Assembly: GCF_035594765.1 (NCBI RefSeq)
Contig: NC_085842.1
Location: 294,175,749-294,239,748 of the forward strand
From: Anolis carolinensis
Taxonomy: Eukaryota
Direction of reading: 5' to 3'
DNA: 64,000 nucleotides
Part shown: piece after piece, positions 31,544 to 43,857 of the stretch
Numbering within the stretch: position 1 is the first letter of the stretch
How the letters are laid out: each line of letters begins with the position of its first letter
Position numbers and translations under genes: made by a program
The notes under the pieces: model-generated
The model's database searches: none
Seen by the model: the letters and a program-made list of their open reading frames with translations, nothing else
What the model was told of the DNA's origin: nothing

Positions 31544-33424
31544 TCAGTTTGTGAATGAAGATAAAAGTTGGTCCCACCTAAAATAAGAGTATGATTAGGG
31601 GTGACTCTTAAAGCAACCTGCTGCTATACATGCCAATTTGTAACTGCTGGCACTATTCATTAAGACTGTAGAACACAAGCTGATGATACAAGCAGAATTC
31701 AGCACACACTGTTTTGATAGCATAGGAGATGAGTATAGAAGTGTACTAAAATTAATCTGCTTTTACATAACCTCAGAGCATGTGGCAGTAAGTAAAACTC
31801 AACATAAATAACAGCCCAATATGTACTGATCAGACAGGGAACATTTCTCACTATTCAAGTACATGTTTCATTCACTGAAGAAACCAGTTTCATTCTGTAG
31901 CATTCAGTTAAAGGCTTTTAAAAGATCTCTGCTTAAAACCTGGTAGTGTACTCTGTTTGAAATATTTCCCTATATCTGAGAACATACAAATAAACTATTC
32001 TGTCTAGAGAACTGCCATAAAATCATAAAAAATAACCTTTTCCTGATTTTTACCCAAGAAATATTATTTGAAGGGGGTACAAAACACACGTATTACTTGT
32101 GTTATTTTCTTTCAAATCTAAACACATTTTAATGTTTTCAATATAAAGGACCTCACTTATAACTTGGCATAAAATTAAAAGAACATAAATGCCATAGGTT
32201 TGTACAAGCAAAATTAGGAATACACACTATAATAAATAGACCTGTAAACTGCTGTAGCCTAATCAAAGTTATCTAATCAATGTACCTTACTTTTTGACAC
32301 TTCTGAATAAGAGAAAAAGTAAATAAAGCTCCAACAACTGAACTGAACTATATAATTCTAGATAGAAACATACTCATGAAAGCAGCCTTAAGGATTATAG
32401 CAACAGAATATTTGGAAGGGAGGTTTGACTCAACACTGAAAACATTGAACTTTTCAATACTGCTTTATCATCATATGCAATGTTGTATTCTCCCATCTTA
32501 AATACTGCTGCACTTATAGAAGCAGAATGATGAACTTCAGTGTTGGTTATGTGGAAATTGGCAACTTCAAGACATTGGCAACTGTACTGCCCTATGTAGC
32601 TCCCTGGAGGGCCTCTTTCCCATCCACACATTTTAAAAATATATACACCCTACTGGCTGTGTTAGCAATTTTACTATGCTTTTTGACCTCCATGGGACAT
32701 TTTAGGCTCACAGAGGCTGCTTTTTATTTTCAGCAAAAAATGTAAACTGGAAGTCAACTTCTGGTTCACTTCTTTGTTAAATAATGGTTTAATGGGCCTA
32801 AAATTGTCCAAAGGAATCCCAAAAGTGGGGATGCTTTAAAAACATGCTTGTTTTTTTAAAGGGGGGATCCTAAAGGAAGCTGCAATCTGTAAGTTGCACG
32901 TTTCTCACCCCAGTATAATGTAGACAGAAACATTATTCTCTAATTCTGCTGACTTACATTACAAATATTAATCCTTTGGTCTCTTATATTTTAACTTAGT
33001 CAAATCTAATATTGAAAAGCATTTTACTCATTTCAAAGAAGAATGACTTTTCACTCCTTTTCTATATTCCCCAAAGTCTCATATTTCCTCCACTGGAAAA
33101 ACTGAAAAATAGAATTTGGGGAAAAAAGCAGGGGATTTTCTCCAGAGTCTTCCTATTTTTGTCCAAGTCTTTATAATCTAGTTTAATATTGTGTTCCCAA
33201 AATGATCGCAAGATGCCTATGGGAAAGCCCAAGGAGAACACAAAAATAAATAGTACTGACTAAATTGTATGTTCAGTAACTCGTACAGTGTTCCCTCACT
33301 TATCGCGAGGGTTAGGTTCCAGGACCACCCGCAATAAGTGAAAACCACAAAGTAGGGATGCTATATATTTATATATTACTAACTGTGCCCGGCCACGCAC
33401 TGCTGTGGCTTTATGGGAATCATT

Positions 33425-34180
33425 TGTTGACCAGGTGGAATAGCAGTGAATAGCCTTGCAGCCTCAAAGCCTGGCCATTTTCTTCTTATGTGAATCCTTA
33501 TTTGGTGAGCTGGAATACAATGGAATAGGATTGCTGCTTGGAAGGTTGGGTACTTGCGTTCTGGGGAATGGTTTTATGGCCAATCTGAATTGCTCTGAAT
33601 AGCCTCGCTGCTTCAAAGCCTGGCCTCTTTCTATATAAGGACATCCTTCCTTGGGCAGGTTGAATGGGACAGAGTAGCCTCATGGCTTCAAAACCTGAGG
33701 GTTTTCTCTCTAGGGGAAATCTTGGTTGGCCAGGTTGAACAGCACTGAATAGCCTTGCTGCTTGCAAGCCTGGCTGCTTTCTACATAGGGGCATCCTTTG
33801 TTGGCCAAGTTGAATGGGAGGAAGTAGCCTCATGGCTTCAAAACCTGAGGGTTTTCTATCTAGGGGAAAATCTCGCTTGGCTAGGTTGAATTGCACTGAA
33901 TAGCCTTGCTGCTTCAAAGCCTGGCTGCTTTCTACATAGGGCCATTCTTCGTTGGCCAGGTTGAATGGGACAGAATAGCCTCATGGCTTCAAAGCCTAGG
34001 GGTTTTCTATCTAGGGGAAATCTTGGTTGGCCAGGCTGAACAGCACTGAATAGCCTTGCTGCTTGCAAGCTTGGCTGCTTTCTACCTTGTGGGATTCTTG
34101 GTTGGCTAGGTTGAATAGCAATTAATAGTCTCGGTGCAGCAAGTATGAATGCTGCAATTAGCCACCTTGATTAGCATTTA
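33425..34180. repeat. 75-bp tandem repeat (about 10 units, alternating A/B types)
   Basis: A ggccaggttgaa-like anchor recurs near 33429, 33503, 33578, 33653, 33728, 33803, 33879, 33954, 34029 and 34103. The ORF translation shows 25-aa periodicity. Confidence 0.9.
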
Positions 34181-34377
34181 ATGGCCTTGCAGCTTCAAAG
34201 CCTGCCTGCTTCCTGCCTGGGTGAATCCTTTGTTGGGAGGTGTTAGCTGATTGTTTCCTTTCTGGAATTTCCCTGTTTTCAGAGTGTTGCTCTGTATTGT
34301 TCTGTATTATTATACCACAGTAATTATTATATATTATATTTATAATCTTATATTATCTGCTTAGAACTGGATTATAT

Positions 34378-34591
34378 GAGGCCCCTTCTACACAGTTGTA
34401 TAAAATCCACATTGAACTGGGTTATATGGCAGTGTGGACTCAAGATAATCCAGTTCAAAGCAGATAGTGTGGATTATCTGCCTTGGCATTCTGGGTTATA
34501 CAGGTGTGTGGAAGGGTCTTGAGTCTACACTGCCATATAATCCAGTTCAAATAATATAATCTGTATTTTATAGGCAGTGTGGAAGAGGCCT
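34378..34591. mobile_element. PIF/Harbinger-like MITE inside the Helitron
   Basis: Ends aggccccttctacacag ... gtgtggaagaggcct. Same family as 62154-62306. Confidence 0.7.
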
Positions 34592-35889
34592 GAGTGAAAA
34601 AGTCCTGAGCTCCATTGTTTCTGAGTGGGTTGATAGGGGACGAAGTGGGCAAGGCATACCCTTCTAACTGGCATTTAGGGGGGAAAATGTCTTTTCCTCA
34701 TTCTCTAATTTGGACTTTATTTTTCTAGGTTTTTTTGTTTGAAAAACATGTTTTGGATGACTATGTCTTTTGTGGGCAAATCTGGTGTGATTTGGTTCAG
34801 TGGTTATGTTATTTACTCCATAATAAAACATACATTACATTTTTATATATATAGATTTTAGTAGTTGTACACTATTTTAAGTCTTTATCAACCAATTGTG
34901 TGTTGATAAATCACCTCCTTCTCCTCCTGATGCCGCTTGGGCTCCTTTTCTCTCCCTTCGGCTTCTTCTTCCTCCCTTCCTTAGGCTGTAAATTGTAATT
35001 TTTTATGATTTAGAATTTTTTTTAGAGTTTGTTGAAAAACTGCAAAACAGCAAATTCACAAAAAGCGAACCACGAAGTACTGAGGGAACACTGTATTCAC
35101 AAGCATATTTTGATTTTAGACAATATATACATCATGACTATTATATCCATGAATTTGCTTATTCTGTTTAAAAATTGTTCTGGTTAGGATTAACAACTCT
35201 CATTGTTTAATTATGTAACGTGTAAATAAGTGACTTCTTTTATATGTTCTGAATCTCCTATCACTCAACTTCATTGGGTGATCCTGAGTTCTAATATTAT
35301 AAGAGTGAAAAATGGCTTGATACCCCTATTCTCTGTACTGAGGTGAACAACCGAATGGAAGACAGGGGCCAAATTCTTCCCCCATATGATGCACATCCCA
35401 ACCCCAAGTAAGACCAAATAACATTTTTATTCTGCAGTCCGTCCCAAAATGTCATGCAAAAGTGATGTTTAGGAAAATTCATGCATGGTTTTCGGGGGTA
35501 CAAAAGAGGAATCTAAGGGCTGCAAGCAATTTAGAGGTGTATTTTTTAACACCTATTCTAGACCATGCATAATTTTGCACGCTTCTATCATACCATCTTT
35601 TCACTTGCTTGGTTTCTAAGCAAAAAAGCACAGAACAGAGTAGTTGCTGATCATTTCAGTTATAATTTTCTATACCTTTTCCAATTCCACAATATTGCTT
35701 TTGATGAGTAGTAACCAGAATGATACACCATGCAGTTGTTGTAAATACTATTATTTTTACAAGCACGGAGCGCACTGCTTGCCTATAACTGAAATTCTGC
35801 AAATAGTCATCTGTGACCTCACACAAATTGTGTCATCTGCACAGTGCATCATTCAGAATCTTCTACAGCTCTTATGTAGGGTGTTTTGG

Positions 35890-38260
35890 CAGTAGCCTCA
35901 CCCGCTTCCTTCATGCCATACCAGTGCACTTCCTGTCTAAACCCTCAGTTCCCTAGACCCTGAAGCAACAGCCAAGGGTCTAAGGTCAGGCAGGATACAA
36001 CAAGGGGAGATGGGTTGGGCTGAATGAGTTCACAGATAACCACTCAAAAAACTACAGTTACGGATTGGCAATCTATCTTTCGTCTTCATGGTCTCTGTGG
36101 GAAACTAGTAAACTACCATATATAGTTATGTAAAAATCAATCTCATATATAAGTCAAGGACAGGGTTTGGGGACAAAATTATGGTTTTTGATATGATCCA
36201 CAGACAACTCGAGGGTCATTCCACATAGAGGGGAAAATGACCTCAGGAGGACAGTCAATACTGGCTGTTACCACCATTTCCTAACCAGGGATTCCAAGAT
36301 ATCAAAAGTGATACAATAGTGAAGAGAGTAGAGATGGAAGTGGGGGTGTCAGTGCTTCTTTTAGGTTCTGCTGGGATGGACTAAGCTCTGCCTTTCGCTA
36401 TTCTACTCAGAGGAGGTGGTTTTGATAAGAGTTAAGGTGCGTTACACTGACTCGCAGATGTTGACCCAGATTTTTGGATTTGCTTTCTTTGCTAGGCTTA
36501 TACATCAGTAGAAAGAGGGAATATCATGTCCAACAGGAAAAAAGCACAGCCCTCTCAAGCAGTGATGCTAAAAGTAGGTAACAGCTTTATAGATGGCATG
36601 CAGAAGAACTTTTCTCAAGAAAGCAGCTAATACTGCCACAGCCCTAGAAAAGTGGCATCTCACTTGGGCAGCAGGTTGTTTGCCTGCAAGTTCACAGGTC
36701 ACACTAATGGTCACTAAAATTCATTTGGAAAGATGTTGTGGTAAGATAGGTAGCATTTTTGGGGCAGATGTATAACAGATAAATGGTATCTTTAAAAAGA
36801 AGATCAAATAGAAAGCCAAAGGAAAGTGGAGAGCCACTCAGAGACAGCATTCTAGATTGCCAGTAGGGTTCTGAAAGAATGCTTAAAGAACATTTTCCTG
36901 ATTTAGATGCAAAGAAGTCGCAACCGTCTGAAAGTAGATGCTTGCATGTTTGCAGCACGAGTAACCAGTTGCATATGGAGGAAAAGAGAACAATGCCTTG
37001 CTGTAAAAGTCAAGCCTCTACCACAGCCATACACTTGGTGAACACATAAGGAGGAGTGCAAAGGCCAACAGGAAAGATACAGAGGAAATACCCACGTGGT
37101 CCCACCGTGTAACATAGGAAATACCTGTGGGATGGCCTGATTTTAAGATACATCATTCAGGTACAAGTTGGACCAATTAGCCTTCTGCATCAAGGAAAGA
37201 TTTGAACCAAGGGTGACCATCCCAAAACATTTCTACTGCACATAAAAGTTTACATCTTAAGGGTCCAAGATGAGATGCAAGCTTCCGTTCTTGGATACAA
37301 TGATGTATCCTTGATGCAGATGAGATAGGGAAAGACTCCACAGATCAGGGATCCTCAAACTTTTTAAGTCGAGGGCTGGTTCACAGTCCGCCAAACTGTT
37401 GGGGGCCCAGGCTATAATCTGGAAAAAACATGAATGAATTCCTATGCACAGTGAACATATATTAGTTGTAGCTTAAAAATAATGAAAAAACTATAAATAT
37501 TTAAAATGAAGAACAATTTTAGCATAGATTTTCCAGTATTTCAATGGAAAGTGTGGGCCTGCATTTTGGCTGATGAAATAGTCAAATTAATTAGGTTTGT
37601 TGCTGTGTGCCTTCCAAGTAGTTTCGGACTTAGGGTGACCCTAAATCTAAAATTTAGGGTGGAGGGCAGATAAATGACTTTGGAAGGCTGCATCCAGCAT
37701 GTGGGACTTACTTTGGGGACCACTGCTATAAGTCTTCTGAGCAACAGTGACTCTGCTTCCTGTTATAGCATGTTTGAAGAGGGATTTCCAGAATTAGATT
37801 GCATACCCTCATGCTATGATGTCCAAGGGCCAGTGAATCTAAGGTAATGGAAACCGAAACATGATGAAATTTTCCAAACCTTTGGTGAAAAAATGGCAGA
37901 TGCGACAGGAGCAGGTTGGCAGCAAGGAAATCAAAAAGAACACTCTGAGGAATCCTGTTGGTGGTGCTTACGAGGTTTTGGTCAATAGAAGTCATATACA
38001 ATTCCATTGCTGAAGACACAGGCAGAGGAGAGGGCTTCTGTTGTGGGTGTGCTCCAATTTGCTATCTCTTTTGGGATTGAAGAGATCCTCTGTTCAAAAG
38101 GACGGCCCTCAATTGCAAAACTCGAAGCTATAATGACAGTTCAGTTTCAACTTGTGCATACAATCAAGAAGGTTTTCTACAACCTGCTCAGAAACAAAGG
38201 CTTTCTAAAACTACTCCACAAAATAAGCCTCAGTAAAAAAAAATTAAGTTCACTGATACA
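35890..38260 (-). mobile_element. Highly degraded DIRS-like (tyrosine recombinase) retrotransposon relic, interrupted by younger MITEs
   Basis: Minus strand near 36560-36660 gives a degenerate HSxRAVA..AA..I.KAxT motif of DIRS recombinases. 36030-36100 resembles a DIRS terminus. Recognised from memory; boundaries uncertain. Confidence 0.45.
37346..37725. mobile_element. Non-autonomous hAT element
   Basis: TIRs CAGGGATCCTCAAACT / ACTTTGGGGACCACTG. Confidence 0.8.
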
Positions 38261-38319
38261 GGAGGCACATTTTTAAAAAGATATCCATTCAATAACACTT
38301 TCCATGTACATATTCTGTT

Positions 38320-39633
38320 CAGGGGCGGTTCAACCGGCAGGCAAACTACACGGTTGCTGAAGGTGCCATCCTCTGGGGGTGCAGTTGGGGCGCCTCCAAG
38401 TGCCCTAAGGCTAATGGGAAGCTTCTTTTTGTCTTTTTTTCTTTTCCCCCCTCTCCGTTGGGAGGGGGCATGTCCTCCGGGCGCGCCTCACCTTCCCACT
38501 CCCACGTGCGCACATGTGTGCATGCATGCGCATGCACCCCCGCCTCCTTCTCCCAGGCTCGCGTAATGGTCAGAGGTGCCAAAAGGAAGAGGAGAAGGCA
38601 GAATAGGCGGAGGCAGTGGGGACAAAGCAGTGGATGGAGAGGAAGGCCGCACCTGAGCCTCCCTCCTGGTCCTCTGCCCACAGTGCCCTCCGCCCAGGCG
38701 TGACCTTCCTCTCCTTCCGCTACTTTGTCCCCGCTGCCTCCGTGGCCTGGCCTGCCTCCATGGCTGTGGCCTGGTCTGCCTCTGCGGCCTGGCCTTCACC
38801 TCTGCGGCCGTGGCCTGGCCTTCGCCTCCTCAGCCGCAGCCTGGCCTTCGCCTCCTCGAGGCCAGGTCTCCGGGCTGCCTGGCCATGTTCCAGAAGCTTT
38901 CTCTCCTGATGGTTAACCCCATCTATGGCAGGCATCCTCAGTGGTTTTTACATCTGTTGGAATTGAGGTAAGTGAGGTCACATATCTGTGGAATGATGTC
39001 CAGGGTAGGAGAAAGGAAGAACTCTTGTCTGCTGGAGACAGGTGTAGAATTTGCCATTGGCCACCTTGATTAGCATGTAATGGCCTTGCAGCTTCAAAGC
39101 CTGGTTGCTTCCTCCCTGGGGGCATTCTTCGTTGGGAGGTGTTAGCTGGCTCTGATTGTTTCCTGTCCGGATTTCTCCTGTTTTCAGAGTGTTGTTCTTT
39201 ATTTACTGTCCTGCTTTTAGAATTTTTTTAATACTGGGGGCCAGATTCCATTTTGGTGGCCTTTTAATTTCTATGGATTCCTAAGGACCCTCTGGGCTCT
39301 TCCACACAGCTATATAACCCAGAATATTAAAGCAGACTAACCCACAATATCTGCTTTGAACTGGGTTATCTGAGTCCACACTGACCTATATCCCAGTTCA
39401 ATGTTTAGTGCTAAATTCGCAAATATAGTAATTCCTGCATAACATTACCATGTATTGAACGGGTTTTTCTGTTGATTTCTTGTAAAACATGATGTTTTGG
39501 TGCTTAATTTGTAAAATCATAACCTAATTTGATGTTTAATAGGCTTGTCCTTAATTCCCTCCTTATTATCCAAGATATTCGCTTATCCAAGCTTCTGCCA
39601 GCCCGTTTAGCTTGGATAAATGAGACTCTACTG
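38320..39633. mobile_element. Composite repeat: GC-rich hAT-like left end, Penelope fragment (~38880-39240), Harbinger-MITE fragment (~39294-39402), Tc1-MITE right half (~39403-39633)
   Basis: Starts CAGGGGCGGTTC. Each internal piece matches other copies in this window (58030-58124, 34150-34300, 62154-62306, 46828-47150). Confidence 0.75.
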
Positions 39634-40146
39634 TATATGGCGGCTGTTAATATCAACTTGTTCAAGTTGGAAATTGTTCACTTGTCAAAAAAATGTTAAA
39701 AGAAGTCATGGAAATAAGCACCAAAGTGTCTAAAGCATGAAGAATTACAATTACCATGAAAACATTTAGGAAAGATTAAATGTTCCATTGGTGGTGGTGA
39801 TAAACATTACTGAAAACATATAACAGCAATCCTGGCTTAAATCTAGTTCTTAGTATTGATTACAATCAAGCAAATGAATAAATCTTTGGCGTTACTCATA
39901 AATTGTGTAAATTCCACTGAGTCAATTGGTCTACTCTAACTGAGACTAGCAATGTAATCTAGGTTGTAATACTTGCTGAATTATAATAAAATGGTTGGCA
40001 CAGTCATGGTGATACAATTCTGAAGATCTTGGTCTTTACTTAATACTGCTTATTTATTGTTACTACATACATTAGAACAGTACACACCTTAAATCAATCC
40101 TAAAATTTTCAAACAATAAAACATTAAGCTAGCATAATGAGTAGCA

Positions 40147-40423
40147 GGGGCCCCTGATGGCACAGTGTGTTAAAGCACCGAGCTGCTGAACTTGCGGACC
40201 AAAAGGTGCCAGGCTCAAATCCTGGGAGCAGAATGAGCGCCCGCTGTTAGCCCCAGCTCCTGCCAACCTAGCAGTTCGGAAACATGCAAATGTGAGTAGA
40301 TCAATAGGCGGGAAGTTAACGGCGCTCCATGCAGTCATGCCGGCCACATGACCTTGGAAGTGTCTACAGACAACGCTGGCTCTTCAGCTTAGAAACGTCA
40401 GGGGAAAACCTTTACCTTTACTT
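40147..40423 (+). mobile_element. Sauria SINE
   Basis: tRNA-like head, core gccaacctagcagttcggaaacatgcaaatgtgagtagatcaatagg, (ACCTTT)n tail, TSD TAATGAGTAGCA / TAATAAGTAGCA. Confidence 0.92.
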
Positions 40424-40499
40424 TAATAAGTAGCAATACTGCATTTTTGAAAACAAACACATTTAACAAAAGAAAAAGTACAATACCTTTCATTCCTGC

Positions 40500-41130
40500 C
40501 AGCAGGCAGCCTCATTTGCGGAAATACGGCATTTGAGACAATCTGGCCACAAGCCATATAAGTCATGACAAACATTTTGAAATTTGCCCAGGAATGGACT
40601 GACAGCCAGTGAAATAGTTGGAACAAAGCTGCTCTATGTTCCCTGTGATGAACTCTGGTCAACTGTTTCGTCACAGCTGCACACAGGGTGCACTACAGTA
40701 AACCAAATGGGATGGAACAAAGGCATGTGTCATATGACTGTATCAAATATCGCCAGAAACAGGCACAGTTGGTGCACCAATTTAAACTATAAATGCTCTT
40801 CTGGCCACTGCAGAAAATGGGAGATCCAGACACAAAGCTGAACCCAAACTGTGAACCTGAAATTTCAAGGGAAGTACAATCTCATACAGCACTGGCTGAA
40901 TCCCTATTCCCTGATCTGCCTTTCAGCTGATCAGTACTTCTACATTTTCTGGATAAAATTTCAAATTGTTCACTCTTGTCCATTCTTTTACTAACACCAG
41001 ACAATGGTTTAGCATGTCTTCCTTGGAATTAGAGGTAAAGGAGAAATGGAACTGCATGTCATCAGCATAATGGTGGTAACAGTCCTCCATAACTCCACAC
41101 AACTTCCCCCAAATGTTAGGTGCATGTGTT
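40500..41130 (-). mobile_element. Degraded L2/CR1-type LINE reverse transcriptase fragment
   Basis: Minus strand TATGCTGATGACATGCAG encodes YADDMQ (YADD at 41058-41069). ORF 40423..40674 (LHWLSVHSWANFK) resembles the L2 LHWLPV..RI.FK motif. Confidence 0.65.
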
Positions 41131-42498
41131 TAAAAGTATGGGAACAAAACTGAGGGAAGTAGCTGCCTCAGTTTTGTTACTACAGTAATATTCACACTTG
41201 GAAGTAATGAATATAAAGATAGCATTGGATTTTAAAGAGATCTTTGACTACGAAAATTTATGTTCCAGAAAATTTAGATCTTATATAATACATGTGAATG
41301 CTACATACAAAGCAGCACTGCCATTTTCAATGTGCTATTCATGACTATTAGAAACAGCAAGCTGAGGATTCCTCATAATTATTATTTTAGGCAAAAAAAT
41401 TAGCATCACAGTTGAACATTCATTGACTATGAACAATTGTGTATTTCATGTTTCAAACATATCGTGAATGTTTACCATGATCTACAAGCCCTTACAGATT
41501 ATACCAAAGATCCAGCCCAACAGAGAACCCCCCCCCCCCCAAAAAAAAAAGCTGAGAAGTTGTCAGCATTCCTGAAGGCTTCATCTATGTACCTCTCTCT
41601 ACTTCTCTCAGATGCCAAGACCAAGGGGACCCACCACTTTCACCAAGGATTTCACAGAACATAGAATCCCCTATGGATTGTATTGTGAAATATATTAATC
41701 AAGACAATTCTTATTGCATTTATAGTTCTCCCTCTTCCCATGTTCTGACAGTAATGTAGGAAAGTATCACAGTTCCTGGTGGCACTCTAGAGAGAATATG
41801 ACGACTTCAAATGAAAAACAGAGACAACATGGTGGCCTTCCAACATGGTGACTATTTTCACTGACAGATGCTATAATATTAGAAAATTATTTGCATCAAT
41901 CTAACCACTTGCTAAAATTAATGTTTGAATCCAGGTTCTAGCTTAGGGATTTATTATTTTGATCACTTTCCGCAAAGGAGTTCAGGCACAAATTTGGAAT
42001 AGCCTTTGCAAGACTGTCATTCTAGATGCCTTATCAGCAACACAACATTCAAACACATGCAATAAATTACATAGTTCCCAGTACCTGTTCAGGCAGATGG
42101 TCAACGAATATAGTCAGCCCTCCCTGTTTGAGGGTTTAACTTTTGAGGATTAGATTATTTATAAATTTGATTAATGTGTTCTCCCTAGGAATCTAGGAGT
42201 CATTCAGGGTGAATCTATGGTCAACTCCCACTGGATGCTAACCACAGAGTTCACCCAGAAGGACCAAGAGATTCCTTGAGTCCTCTCGGGTTACAAGATA
42301 AGGTGGGTTTTTATTCAGTTTTTCCATTTTCACTGGGCACTGCACAAAAAATTGAGGCCTAGTTGATAAGCTACTTTTGCCTTTTAAATATCACATAGTT
42401 CCCAGAACAGCCCTAGAGTATCACAATGCAATTTTCAAATCAAAAGCAGACACATAACATTTCACTTTGGCCAGCAGGTAATCTCACTAATAAAATTA

Positions 42499-42954
<456 letters not shown>

Positions 42955-43802
42955 TTAAAAGAAGAAAGGAACAATTCAGTAAAGTGTTTATGGCTCTGAT
43001 TTTAAATGAGCAAAGTAGATCCACAGGCAGAAAACTGTGTTTAAAGAAAGAGTATCATCTCAGATGGCAACTGTGGTCTTCAGCAGCCACTAAAGGTCAC
43101 TCACAAAACATTGTGCATATAAATAGGTTCACACACACAGAGTGGTAATTGTGGTGGGCCATGGCTACAAAAAAACCCAAAACACAGGAAATTGACTGAA
43201 CATACCAGTGGATGTCAGACCCTCGATTACTTTCAAACTCTCACAAGAGTACATTTTTTCAGAGTCTAAAAACATTAGTTAGAACTTCCATCTGTGGAAT
43301 CTGGCAACATTTTACTACTCTCAGTAAATAAATAACAAGAGCCCCAGGGCTGTGTTCATATTTACAAAGTCAAAAACAATGTTCAATATTTCTATGCAAG
43401 TGGGCTTCACTTTTCTAGTGTCAATCTACACTACTATACAGTTGGCCACTATGATAACTCTCACCAAAAAAACACAATACAGTAGTTTTATGAAGGGTGT
43501 ACCTACAGAAAGCCCAGAAATACCAGAACTAACAAGCTTAAGCACATAGAAAGTGCAAGTAAAGTGCCCAGACTGTATATAAATGTTGTTCACTAGCACA
43601 ATGGGCATAGAACAAATGCAGGTAGGTTACAGCCAGCGGAGCACCCTGGTTATACATCCACTCCCTTGGGGAATAAAAGGCCATCACAATCACGTGGTAT
43701 ACCTTTGTAAGAAAATGCCACATGTTTCAATGCTCCCCCACATAGAAAGGGAACTCCTCAAATGTAGGGGATAAAATTATTAACTACATTTCTGCTATAT
43801 AT

Positions 43803-43856
<54 letters not shown>
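43803..43856. repeat. (ATAG)13 microsatellite
   Basis: Pure tetranucleotide run. Confidence 0.98.

Positions 43857-43857
<1 letters not shown>

Larger units (their letters stand above)
33379..34855 (-). mobile_element. Non-autonomous Helitron carrying captured repeats
   Basis: On the minus strand it begins A|TCTATATAT and ends with hairpin GCCACAGCAGTGCGTGGC, then CGGGCACAGTTAG|T (a CTAG variant). Inserted between A and T with no TSD. Confidence 0.85.
33286..35093. mobile_element. Tc1/pogo (Tigger-like) MITE interrupted by a Helitron
   Basis: TIRs CAGTGTTCCCTCA / TGAGGGAACACTG with TA duplications at 33284-33285 and 35094-35095. Confidence 0.88.

Noticed and set aside
33498-34068. 139-aa and 70-aa ORFs with 25-aa repeats as a novel repeat protein
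   Set aside because: They are translations of a 75-bp satellite inside a Helitron. The open frames follow from the unit length being a multiple of 3, and there are no gene signals.
33425-34180. CRISPR-like array
   Set aside because: The DNA is vertebrate, the units are homologous along their whole length with no unique spacers, and there are no cas genes.
38346-38935. GC-rich patch with many overlapping ORFs as a CpG-island promoter or gene
   Set aside because: Low-complexity interior of a composite transposon. The ORFs are an artefact of GC richness, and no promoter motif cluster is present.
40147-40230. tRNA genes at SINE heads (also 8823-8910 and about 58870-58966)
   Set aside because: A/B boxes are present, but there is no complete cloverleaf and each continues into a SINE body and tail.
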